Positions 31,314 through 40,403 of a stretch of 64,000 nt of DNA are shown here, piece by piece. The stretch is taken from the NCBI GenBank assembly GCA_050748485.1, contig JBOGPP010000106.1, positions 1,661-65,660 of the forward strand, given 5' to 3'. Source of the DNA: Nitrososphaeraceae archaeon (GTDB lineage Archaea; Thermoproteota; Nitrososphaeria; Nitrososphaerales; Nitrososphaeraceae). The notes under the pieces were generated by a model that saw only the letters and a list, made by a program, of their open reading frames with translations, had not been told where the DNA came from and did not search any database. The stretch's first letter is position 1. Each line of letters opens with the position of its first letter. The translations under genes and the position numbers were made by a program.

Positions 31314-31700
31314 ATGACGAATTTTAACTCGCTTGAGGAAGTACTGTCACTTCCTACTCGTAAACTTGTAGTATCTTCAACTGAGGTAGACTTAAGCAAA
31401 TCTGAAAATAGCATAGTTTTTGTACTACTGGTAGAAGAGTCTTTTGGGTCTGCGGGTGGACGCGCCGGTGGCTCTGGGAGCAGAAAGATAAGTAGGATAC
31501 TTGGCTTTAAGATTCACCAGTCAATGATTTCTCTGATGATTGATATCCGCGAAATGGACATCATAGATCGCTTTGATGTTCCTTATAGCGCAGTTGCTTT
31601 AGATATCACTCTCTCGACTGGACAGAGATCAGTTGTTCAAGGAATCGTAGATCCTATCTTAATCGAGGAGTACATGCGAATTGTTAATACGGTTGTATGA
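31314..31700 (+). CDS. Hypothetical protein with Gly-rich loop
   Basis: Clean ATG ORF with an upstream TATA-like sequence; no family recognised. Confidence 0.7.
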   Translation: MTNFNSLEEVLSLPTRKLVVSSTEVDLSKSENSIVFVLLVEESFGSAGGRAGGSGSRKISRILGFKIHQSMISLMIDIREMDIIDRFDVPYSAVALDITLSTGQRSVVQGIVDPILIEEYMRIVNTVV

Positions 31701-31722
31701 CTTAAATTCTTAATCTTATTCA

Positions 31723-32094
31723 ATGTCCGAACCTGATCATGAGGAAACGGTGGAGAATCTCGCTGCGAGTATTGAAGATCTCTTAAGAATGGGCATCCTC
31801 AAATTTGATGATTCAAGTGTGGTCGACCATGAAAGGGTCATCCTAACTACCCAGTTCTCGTTCATCCTCTCAAAGCTGATGGAAGATCCGAACGTAATGA
31901 AAGAGAATCAAGATGCCCTTCTTAAGGCTCTATATTTCGCATTTCTCATCTATCTTGACGATGAACTCAAAATCCCTCGGAGGTTAACGATGGCCTTAGG
32001 GAATGACATCGAAAAATTTAAAGATGCTTCAGAATTGTCTAAATCTGTAAGAAGGTATGTTTTGGTCTTGTTTAACATAATGCGAGAGACGTGA
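31723..32094 (+). CDS. Hypothetical helical protein
   Basis: ATG ORF co-oriented 22 nt after the previous gene. Confidence 0.7.
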   Translation: MSEPDHEETVENLAASIEDLLRMGILKFDDSSVVDHERVILTTQFSFILSKLMEDPNVMKENQDALLKALYFAFLIYLDDELKIPRRLTMALGNDIEKFKDASELSKSVRRYVLVLFNIMRET

Positions 32095-32223
32095 CCTCAA
32101 ATTTTGGAGGTGGACCCAGTTTAAGTGTGACTGTATAGGATTGAAATAGCGACATCGATGTTACAAGTATTCTTGCTACTTAGGTAATAGTTTTTATAAA
32201 GTGGAAAATAAAACGAGTCTAAA

Positions 32224-32649
32224 ATGTCGTTACTGCGCGAATCAGGCGAGATCTCTACACGTGATAAAGACAACGACCTACCATCATATGGTGCCCTTGA
32301 CTACTTTCAGATGCACTTCATCGTTATGGGTAATGTTAGCAACCCTTCTGAGTTGATAGCAAAATGCAAGGCGAGCACGGTTGGTCATTTTTCTAAGAAG
32401 CATGTAGAAAAAATAAATTGGGAAGGGGGAAAGATTGCTGAGATAGTGAGTAAAGACCAACAATTAGATAGTTATCTTAGAAATGTATTGCTTGAAGAAG
32501 GCGAGATTTATATCGACCCGCTAGAAGATCACGTTCGTGTTTACGGAAAATGGAAGCATCAACAGGAATTAGGTCTGTATGAAGAGCTTGTTCAAACAAT
32601 GGATCGAATCTGTTACCATATCAAAGCATTTATTAACAAACAAAAGTAG
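32224..32649 (+). CDS. Hypothetical protein
   Basis: ATG ORF about 30 nt downstream of TTTTTATAAA; protein-like composition. Confidence 0.7.
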   Translation: MSLLRESGEISTRDKDNDLPSYGALDYFQMHFIVMGNVSNPSELIAKCKASTVGHFSKKHVEKINWEGGKIAEIVSKDQQLDSYLRNVLLEEGEIYIDPLEDHVRVYGKWKHQQELGLYEELVQTMDRICYHIKAFINKQK

Positions 32650-33443
32650 GTGGATACTACGTTTGAGATGGATCAAACATTAGACATATTGGACACAATT
32701 CATTCTTGCATGCATGCCTCTGTTTTAAAATCAGTTAAGGAATTTTTTCAAACGAACCAGATAGCTACTTCTGAAGTAAAACAGTATTAAGATATAAAAG
32801 AACAGAAGTGAGAAAAAGATTCTGCTGAGATGTGCTTGCCTATTCGGATCCGAAGTGAAATATCTCACACAAACGCTTTTCTCCAAGAAGATCTTGTCGC
32901 GATGCGTATTCTCAATCGCTCAAGACGTTGTTAAACACCTTTCAATTCTAAACCTTCGACCGAAGACTGGTAGAATTATCTCATACGGATTAAAATGACT
33001 ACTATATTCCACCCCTGACCAAAGTTTTGGCAAGCCTGATGCACCCTTAGATTTATCAAGATGTTTTGTTAGGTAATGCTTAATGTTCTCTCTCGATGGT
33101 GATCCATCTAAGTCTTCACCACAATTCAGTGAAGGTCGCCTGAGATTGCTAACTAGTATTTTGCTTATACTCAAAACACATTGAATAACCCAATTTTTTT
33201 CATCGACATCTTATTCCAATCCTAGACATCAGACTGCGTTGATCGGCTCTTCCACAATTGCAGTGATGAGTTTTAGTGCACAGGAAAGATAGCGCTACTA
33301 GTTGATACCGCGCAAATCCTTCTTTCACCAACATCTGGTTATGTGATTATGACTGCATAAATGTTGATCTCCAATCCGACCTTATGCTATTTTGAACAAT
33401 TCTGTCGGGTTAGCTGTGTTACAAAAAGGCAGTTTATCTTTCC

Positions 33444-33511
33444 AACAGTGATGAGTCCCTGAAACATCGATAATTCAGCTTGATGATTCGCGGAGGGATT
33501 GCTGAACTGTT
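33444..33511 (+). ncRNA. Candidate box C/D guide sRNA
   Basis: C box GTGATGA 33448-33454, D' (TCGA 33467-33470 or CTGA 33459-33462), C' TTGATGA 33480-33486, D box CTGA 33502-33505, terminal complementarity AACAGT/ACTGTT, 68 nt, intergenic. Confidence 0.6.
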
Positions 33512-33677
33512 ATGCATTATTAAATCGTAGCTATTGTTGCTCATTTGCTATTTGCATCCCCTAGGGGAGTCTTATATATACAACTTTCTACGTTGGATCC
33601 TTAAATCATTTTTACATTCTTGGGAAGGTTAGTCGCGAAAATTTGAGAATGATAGATATTAATTACATCTTTCCCAT

Positions 33678-35144
33678 ATGGGGAGTCACAAGATGGATCG
33701 TTCGAGATCAGAAATCAATACTCTTGAAAATGCTCAGTCAGTTCACGCACTCAAATATCCAGAGGATCTAGTTAAAAAAATAAGAAAAGGCAAATTGAAA
33801 ATCGCAATATATGGACTTGGGCATGTGGGTGCGCCGCTGGCTGCCACTTGGATAAGAGCCGGCGCCTATGTTATTGGGATTGATAAATCTGAGAAGGTCA
33901 GAGAATATGCCCGAGAAGGAAAAACCCAGATTCCGGAGCCTCACGTTAATGAGGCATTTTCGACAGGACTCAACGAGAACCGATTTTTTGTGTATGATGA
34001 CCCTGTAGCAGCATCAACGGATTCATTTTTCAAGATGATTTGTGTTCCTGTGATGGCAGAAAATGCAACTGCAAATCTACACGCTGTCGAGGATGTTGCG
34101 TCTTCTATAGCCATGGGCCTTAAGCGTGACGATGTGGTTGCATTAACACCTAGCGTTCCTCCTGGAACAACTGAGGACTATATCTTACCGATCCTCGAAG
34201 ATAAATCTGGATTCGAGTGCGAAAGAGACTTTTTTGTGGTATACAATCCAGAGAGGATATACGAGGGTAGGGCTATACACGATATCGAGCATGGATACCC
34301 AGCAATTGTGGCAGGAGCTGGACCCCAAAGCTTGAAAGTTGCTTCAGTAGTATATCAAATAATCTTCAAACAGGGCGTAATCAAACTTTCGTCGCTAAGA
34401 ACAGCAGAATTCGAGAAGCTAATTGAAGGTGTCTATAGAGACGTGAATATCGCTCTTGCCAACGAATTGGCTATGATTTCAGAGAGGATCGGCGTAGATT
34501 TTTGGGAGGCCAGAAATGCAGCTAATTCCCAATCATATTGCCATCTCCACAGACCTGGCATAGGCGTAGGAGGGGCATGTATACCGATATATCCTCAGTT
34601 TGTCCTTGATATTGCTAATAAAAAGAATATTGAATCGCCAATTACCAAACACGGTCGCCTAGTTAATGACCGAATGCCTTCATATGCAGTGAACGAAGCT
34701 TTGAATGCTTATCAAAGGATCCAAACCAAGAGAAAGAATCTCAAAGATTATAAAGTCACACTTCTTGGACTAGCCTTTAGAGGGGGCGTTTCCGATACTA
34801 GGCTGTCTCCTACATACAAGGTAATTGAAGAACTTTTTAAGAAAGGAGTAAAGAATATTCAGGTGCACGACCCTTTGGTAATGCATGATCATACCCTTAT
34901 GAAATACTCTGGTGTGAGTTTTAGCAATAACTTAGCGTCCTCATTGAGAGGTGCCGATCTGATTATCATAGTTGCAGATCATTCCGAATACTCAAATCTA
35001 AATGTCGAAGATGTTGGAAATGCGATCGTATATGATGGAAGAGGGATTGTTGACACCTCAAGACCCATTGGATCGAACCTCGTTTCGATAGGTGTTGGCA
35101 AGAATATGGCGTCACCCATGAAGATCGAAAAACCAACATCATAG
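33678..35144 (+). CDS. Nucleotide-sugar dehydrogenase (UDP-ManNAc/UDP-GlcNAc dehydrogenase family)
   Basis: GLGHVG, NPER..EG, KL.E..YRDVNIALANE, PG.GVGGAC (catalytic Cys), LGLAF..GVSD.R.SP. Confidence 0.92.
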   Translation: MGSHKMDRSRSEINTLENAQSVHALKYPEDLVKKIRKGKLKIAIYGLGHVGAPLAATWIRAGAYVIGIDKSEKVREYAREGKTQIPEPHVNEAFSTGLNENRFFVYDDPVAASTDSFFKMICVPVMAENATANLHAVEDVASSIAMGLKRDDVVALTPSVPPGTTEDYILPILEDKSGFECERDFFVVYNPERIYEGRAIHDIEHGYPAIVAGAGPQSLKVASVVYQIIFKQGVIKLSSLRTAEFEKLIEGVYRDVNIALANELAMISERIGVDFWEARNAANSQSYCHLHRPGIGVGGACIPIYPQFVLDIANKKNIESPITKHGRLVNDRMPSYAVNEALNAYQRIQTKRKNLKDYKVTLLGLAFRGGVSDTRLSPTYKVIEELFKKGVKNIQVHDPLVMHDHTLMKYSGVSFSNNLASSLRGADLIIIVADHSEYSNLNVEDVGNAIVYDGRGIVDTSRPIGSNLVSIGVGKNMASPMKIEKPTS

Positions 35145-35153
35145 GGATGTTCT

Positions 35154-36215
35154 ATGAAACCTTTACATCGCAAGGAATTACTAACAGTCCAGTGGCGGCG
35201 AAACGCAGTTCAGATTATCGATCAAACTAAACTTCCCAACAAATTAGTTTATCTAACATGCACAGATCATCGCGAAATCGCTAAAGCAATTAAGTCACTC
35301 GTAGTGAGAGGAGCTCCTGCTATAGGGATATGTGCTGCTTTGGCCTTGTTATTAGTGACCTTGAATAGTAAGGCGAAAACCGAGAGGGGTTTAAGATCAG
35401 AGCTGGAAAGAGCTGGCAGCCTATTAATATCCACACGCCCAACCGCTGTTAACATCAATTGGGCCGTGAGGAGAATTCTCCAGATCTCTTCAAAAGGTAA
35501 GAATGTCAAAGAGATAAAGCGATTAGTTAAGCGAGAAGCGCTGACAATGCTCGACGACGACATTTTAACAAATAGGAAAATGGGGAGGGCAGGTTCAGAA
35601 TTGTTTTATGATGGAGACGTGGTCATGACGCATTGTAATGCCGGGTCCCTTGCCACAGCCACATATGGAACCGCGTTGGGTGTACTTAGAGCTGCACGAG
35701 AAGATGGAAAAAATTTGAAGGTCATCGCCACGGAAACTAGACCTGTAATGCAAGGCTCGAGGTTAACTGCGTTTGAATTGATGCATGATCATTTTGATGT
35801 ACGTTTGATTTCTGATACTGCCGTTGGATATGTCATGGCAAACAGGATAGTTGACAAGGTTATTGTAGGAGCTGACAGAATTCTACGCACAGGACACGTC
35901 TACAATAAGATAGGAACCTACCAGATCGCCACGATGGCTCATATTCACAAGATTCCTTTCTATGTTGCCGCTCCCATTTCTACATTCGATCTAAAAAGCT
36001 CCATTTCTGATATAAAAATCGAGGACAGATCTGCTGATGAAATTACAAAAATCAAGAATATCCTGATAGCTCCCAAAGGAATTCATACCATTAATCCTGC
36101 TTTCGACATCACTCCTCCAAATCTTATTACGGGTATAATAACTGAAGCCGGTCTATTGGAACCACCTTATCACAGAAGCATAGATGCGATTATCAAGAGA
36201 AATAAAAGATATTGA
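35154..36215 (+). CDS. mtnA: Methylthioribose-1-phosphate isomerase (eIF-2B alpha-like family)
   Basis: IDQTKLP, VRGAPAIG, RPTAVN, THCNAGSLAT..YGTALG, ETRP..QG.RLT, GADRI and NPAFD.TP motifs. Confidence 0.93.
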   Translation: MKPLHRKELLTVQWRRNAVQIIDQTKLPNKLVYLTCTDHREIAKAIKSLVVRGAPAIGICAALALLLVTLNSKAKTERGLRSELERAGSLLISTRPTAVNINWAVRRILQISSKGKNVKEIKRLVKREALTMLDDDILTNRKMGRAGSELFYDGDVVMTHCNAGSLATATYGTALGVLRAAREDGKNLKVIATETRPVMQGSRLTAFELMHDHFDVRLISDTAVGYVMANRIVDKVIVGADRILRTGHVYNKIGTYQIATMAHIHKIPFYVAAPISTFDLKSSISDIKIEDRSADEITKIKNILIAPKGIHTINPAFDITPPNLITGIITEAGLLEPPYHRSIDAIIKRNKRY

Positions 36216-36281
36216 GGCAAAGGTGCTAAAAAAACATTAACGGAATAAAGTATTTATCGAGTATCTGGTAAGGAATGGTAG

Positions 36282-36887
36282 ATGTCATCGCAGAAGGTTA
36301 CTGACGAACAGGTGTTCGATGCGTTGCGAAAGTGTATGGACCCTGAGATCCCGGTTAACGTGGTAGACCTTGGTCTTATATATAATGTAAGAGTCCATCC
36401 GACAAATGATGTCGGGATAGAAATGACTATGACTACGAGGGGTTGTCCCCTTCATGATACCCTTGTTAGTGACGTCAAGCGTTCAGTAGGCAAAATTACG
36501 GGGATAGCAAATGTAGATGTCAAAATAGTTTGGGAGCCTCCATGGACTAGCGATAAGATTAACCCGGCAGTCAGAGAAAAATTAGGAATCGGGAAACCGA
36601 CCTTACGATTTCAAATAGATTATGAAAAATATAAACCAGCGAGGACAGGTAAACTGACACCTCAAGAAGATGGTTCTCTGGTCTTATTAAACGACAGTAG
36701 TCAGGCGTTCATGGTTAATCAGGCTATCGTTGATTTCTGGAATTCTTGTGAGGGTAATAAGACGGTGACCGAGCTTACTGATGATTTTTCAAAGAAACTA
36801 GGCATGACCAGGCAACAAGTTGAGAAGGAAGTACTTCAACTGGTGGAACAACTTTTCGATTCTGGACTCCTTCAACCTCCTCAGTGA
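36282..36887 (+). CDS. DUF59/SufT-like Fe-S assembly domain fused to a PqqD-like (RiPP recognition element) domain
   Basis: N-terminal DPEIPVNVVDLGLIY...MTMTTRGCP...VWEPPW; C-terminal F.VN....FW..C.G..TV.EL...F......V...V...V..L...GLL is the PqqD wHTH pattern. Confidence 0.8.
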   Translation: MSSQKVTDEQVFDALRKCMDPEIPVNVVDLGLIYNVRVHPTNDVGIEMTMTTRGCPLHDTLVSDVKRSVGKITGIANVDVKIVWEPPWTSDKINPAVREKLGIGKPTLRFQIDYEKYKPARTGKLTPQEDGSLVLLNDSSQAFMVNQAIVDFWNSCEGNKTVTELTDDFSKKLGMTRQQVEKEVLQLVEQLFDSGLLQPPQ

Positions 36888-37480
36888 AATATTCTCAATT
36901 ATTAACAGGAACCACGACTAGTAACGCATTGAAATTAGTCGTAGAGTTGGGAATGGGGGATGGAAGGCATTTGCGTGCACTGTCAAAAGATGAGCGAAAC
37001 AACAATATTCACTTCGTAGGTATAGAGAATGATAGGTCTCTTTACATTGAGGCTGCCACACTCATCAATACTAACAACGTTGTCCTCATAAACGATAGTT
37101 TCGAGAATAGAATTAGGGACTTCAAAAATGGGACTATAGATAAAGTCATTATGATACTTCCGGATCCTGAATATATTGATCGTCTTTATTCCGATGATTG
37201 GGTCGCTGTGTATACGGACATTTTTCTTAAATTAAAGAAATTGGGGACACTTGAAATAGTTACCGAAATTATTGATGAATTACTTCAACCAGTTTCGGAG
37301 ACTGCATTTCATACTTGGGCTAAATGGCTTCTGGAGACTTTCATCAAGTTGGGTTTTGAAGTGGAGGAGATTCTAAATGAGGCCCCATGTAACTATTCTT
37401 CAACTTGCCTAGATCGATTCAGGAAGGACCCAGAGCGAATTAGAATAATAACACTTAGATTGTTCAAACCCCTAACCTGA
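36884..37480 (+). CDS. Class I SAM-dependent methyltransferase, TrmB (tRNA m7G46)-like
   Basis: VELGMGDG motif I, FVGIE motif II, ILPDP (FPDPW-like), EIVTE; GTGA overlap with the upstream gene. Confidence 0.75.
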   Translation: MKYSQLLTGTTTSNALKLVVELGMGDGRHLRALSKDERNNNIHFVGIENDRSLYIEAATLINTNNVVLINDSFENRIRDFKNGTIDKVIMILPDPEYIDRLYSDDWVAVYTDIFLKLKKLGTLEIVTEIIDELLQPVSETAFHTWAKWLLETFIKLGFEVEEILNEAPCNYSSTCLDRFRKDPERIRIITLRLFKPLT

Positions 37481-37492
37481 CTTGAAATTGTT

Positions 37493-37954
37493 TCACCTGA
37501 TTGTACCTGAATTCCTGTGTTTCAGTTCCACATGGTCTTCGTAACACTTCTTTGAACACAAGTTGGAATTACAATATAGCTCTTCGCATGGAATAGAATC
37601 TTCAGTATTGTGTTCAATATTGCAGTAAGTGCAAAAATATCCAAGTTGCAGCTGGATGGAGTTAGTAAGTGGTCCATCACATGCCATTTTCTCCTTGAAC
37701 CACAATACCTCAACATTTATCTTCTCCGCATGGCTTTGAACTCTATCGAAGGCCTCGTAGAAACCACCACATAGAAATTCCCTTATTGAAGTTTTTCCAA
37801 TGTGCCCGTCTGGATTTCGATTTCTGAATGCTACTAGCCACTTAACGCTAGGAATCAAATCATGATCGTCACTCAACGCGCCATCAATCCCTATCGTGTC
37901 TTCCCTTATTTTTATCCTATAGTACGAAATGGTCCTAAAAATCGATTTGCTCAT
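37493..37954 (-). CDS. Hypothetical protein with C-terminal Cys/His zinc-binding region
   Basis: CxxC...Cx4Cx4Cx3Cx3Hx4H; starts 8 nt after the priS stop. Confidence 0.65.
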   Translation of the reverse strand: MSKSIFRTISYYRIKIREDTIGIDGALSDDHDLIPSVKWLVAFRNRNPDGHIGKTSIREFLCGGFYEAFDRVQSHAEKINVEVLWFKEKMACDGPLTNSIQLQLGYFCTYCNIEHNTEDSIPCEELYCNSNLCSKKCYEDHVELKHRNSGTIR

Positions 37955-37962
37955 CCAGCGAG

Positions 37963-39114
37963 TTACACTGCGTGTGCGAGACCTTTAGATATGAGGTAGA
38001 CCCCTATAAAGATGGGTACGCGAACAATCTCCTCACCAAGATTGAATCTCTCACCTTTAAGCCGCAGTTTTAACCTCGGGGGCATAATCTCAACGGCTAC
38101 TTCGCGACTCGAAAGCTGACATGACTCGTCGAAAGGATCGAATGAATTCAAATCTAAAGATAAAGTCTTTGTGAGTCCGCTCTTGCTATTCAATGTTCCT
38201 GGCATTCTGAACACCCGATGAACGTCGGTGGTTACTTGTGAATCAATTCGAACGCCCATTTCCTTAGCAATATCGGCTACTCGCTTCCTGAATTGTTCAA
38301 TGTCACCCAGTTCCTTCACCAATTTGGTTAGCTTTCTTTGCGACGTTATGGATATCCCTAATTTATCAGAGATTCTCTTTCGCCAGCCATAATCCAGTCC
38401 TCCTAGTGGAAATCTAACGCGAAAATCATTATGTGTATCTTTCCTGACCCCGATGACATCGGCCAAGATCCCTATTCCCATTATGTATGCGGCCAAATCA
38501 GCCCTTGCCTGACTATTGAGATCATTGAATGATTCATCTAGAACGTGGACATGAAAACCGTTGTTGCCTGAAAAGTATGTGGTGATCTTTTCTGGGCTTA
38601 TCCCTATATCAGAGACGAGGAAATGATGCAATTTCGAAACTTCATTTTTTAGTCCATTAATACATCTATCGCAAGGGAGCATTACTTCTGCAAAGTTATT
38701 TGAACCGCATTTTGGACATCTGTCTTCAGAGCCTAAGAAGTAACAGCTCCGACAGGAAAAGCATGTCATATAGGAATGAGATAGCCTACATTTCAAATCG
38801 AGGTCCTTAAGATCGATATCAAAGATGAGATCTGCCCCTCTCCATCCTTTTTCGCTTATCGGGAGTACTGGGAAGTCATATTGTGCGTTTGACGCGAATA
38901 CGTCGGAGGGAGTTTCCAATACCAACGATGCAACCAGTCTGCCCAAACTGGAAAATTTAAGATGCCTCTTCATCACACCATCGAATCCCATCAGTCCGAA
39001 CTCGCGGTTCTGTATTCTTACCGGCTCCTCTATTCTGTTCCCATGATTGAAATAAAATTCTCTGAACGCTGCCTTCATCATCTGTAAGTCTTTGCTTGTT
39101 TTGGTAGAAATCAT
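37963..39114 (-). CDS. priS: DNA primase small (catalytic) subunit
   Basis: REFG, LIFDID.KD, FSGNNGFHVH, ID..VT.D..R.FRMPGTLN.K motifs with a Cys-rich zinc insert. Confidence 0.96.
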   Translation of the reverse strand: MISTKTSKDLQMMKAAFREFYFNHGNRIEEPVRIQNREFGLMGFDGVMKRHLKFSSLGRLVASLVLETPSDVFASNAQYDFPVLPISEKGWRGADLIFDIDLKDLDLKCRLSHSYMTCFSCRSCYFLGSEDRCPKCGSNNFAEVMLPCDRCINGLKNEVSKLHHFLVSDIGISPEKITTYFSGNNGFHVHVLDESFNDLNSQARADLAAYIMGIGILADVIGVRKDTHNDFRVRFPLGGLDYGWRKRISDKLGISITSQRKLTKLVKELGDIEQFRKRVADIAKEMGVRIDSQVTTDVHRVFRMPGTLNSKSGLTKTLSLDLNSFDPFDESCQLSSREVAVEIMPPRLKLRLKGERFNLGEEIVRVPIFIGVYLISKGLAHAV

Positions 39115-39135
39115 ATCGATTCAGACAGTTCGTCT

Positions 39136-40176
39136 TTATCTCAAGTTTGTGTCCCGATAATACTTGACTGCTCTTCCGAATTGGACTGGATTTATCAATC
39201 CATCACACTGGCTCGTAGCAAAGCAGAGGCCGTCATTTCGTAGTTTGGTACAGGAAGGAACCAAATAGCGTACACGACTTCCTCTCTCTCCTGCCAAGTG
39301 CTCAACCTGATACCTGGACACCCTTTCGTCATAATCTGGGGCATTCTTGAAAAGTGATACTATCTCTTCGATATTCTTTCCTACAGCTAGCATATATGTG
39401 GCGAGCATCACCCTCGCAGAATGAGGTAGATTTTCTCCACCCGCCATTAGCTCTAAGGCGTGGTTTACGCAGGGAGGATAAGCTGATGGGGTATTGGCAA
39501 GTTTACGGCTAACCATGGGAATGCTCGCTTTTAGGATATTCGCTTGTTCTTTTATCGTTGCTGGAACATGCGATGGGTTCATTTGTTTTATTCTCTCTAG
39601 CAAGAGATTTGTTACCTCAGCTCGAATTAACCGCACAGTCTCTTCGGGATCGAGGAATACTCGCCCATCGTGCACGAGTCGATTGATTAGCTTCCATTCT
39701 TGCTCATGAAATAAGTGAGACCTTTTAAGATAATCTGTTACCTTTACCTCAAACATAAGCTGGTATTTCATACTGGGGAGCACATCCATTTTTAGTAGCT
39801 CCTTAAAGACTTTGAAAAGCAAAAGTTTTTTAGTTGAAGGATCACCGTGCGTCTTCAAATCGTGCACAAGGAATTTTTCGGCTCTTAGCGCTTCACATAG
39901 ACAATGCTTTTTAGTGAGATTGTCTGAATTTATTGCTTTAATGATCAAAATTCCGACGAGGAATGTCAATATCTCGATTTCGTGTCTTTCTAGAGTGAAA
40001 TCTGGTTTGGCGTGTTCAATTTCACTTCTTATCCTGTTCGATGCTCTTTCTACTATGTGTCCAAGCTCTGGTAGATTAAGATCATCAAGATTAAAGTAAG
40101 TTTGATGCATATACTCGGCTGCCTCATTCAAGAAGGGATATTTTGCCAAGTCGGCAGTTCCGAGTCGAATGGTCAT
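39136..40176 (-). CDS. priL: DNA primase large subunit (ORF track starts at 40230; ATG 40176 more likely)
   Basis: KYPFL N-terminus and Fe-S domain Cys motifs YPPCV, GENLPH.AR..LA.Y, PSC.KL...LC...C. Confidence 0.95.
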   Translation of the reverse strand: MTIRLGTADLAKYPFLNEAAEYMHQTYFNLDDLNLPELGHIVERASNRIRSEIEHAKPDFTLERHEIEILTFLVGILIIKAINSDNLTKKHCLCEALRAEKFLVHDLKTHGDPSTKKLLLFKVFKELLKMDVLPSMKYQLMFEVKVTDYLKRSHLFHEQEWKLINRLVHDGRVFLDPEETVRLIRAEVTNLLLERIKQMNPSHVPATIKEQANILKASIPMVSRKLANTPSAYPPCVNHALELMAGGENLPHSARVMLATYMLAVGKNIEEIVSLFKNAPDYDERVSRYQVEHLAGERGSRVRYLVPSCTKLRNDGLCFATSQCDGLINPVQFGRAVKYYRDTNLR

Positions 40177-40403
40177 TGTCGCTAATCTATTATTATATAT
40201 ACGCTTATAAAATAACAGCGATCGTAGCATTAGTCAACTATTGGAGCATTCTGATTTGAACTTGTTTTTTTGCCAATAGGTAACTATGGATTATTCCATT
40301 TCGGCTAACCACGCATCTCAAAAAAAGCTGGTCGATATGTTCGTTCACGAATATCACCTACCAACAAATTTAAAACCTAAAGTAGTTTGTCTCCAGCAAT
40401 ATT

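Noticed and set aside
32920-33174. KGAS...LWS..Y resemblance to IS200 TnpA
   Set aside because: No HUH motif, wrong spacing, no tnpB or terminal hairpins.
33448-33465. GTGATGAGTCCCTGAAAC looks like a hammerhead core
   Set aside because: Has GUGAUGA instead of CUGAUGA and no stem II; the C/D-box reading fits better.
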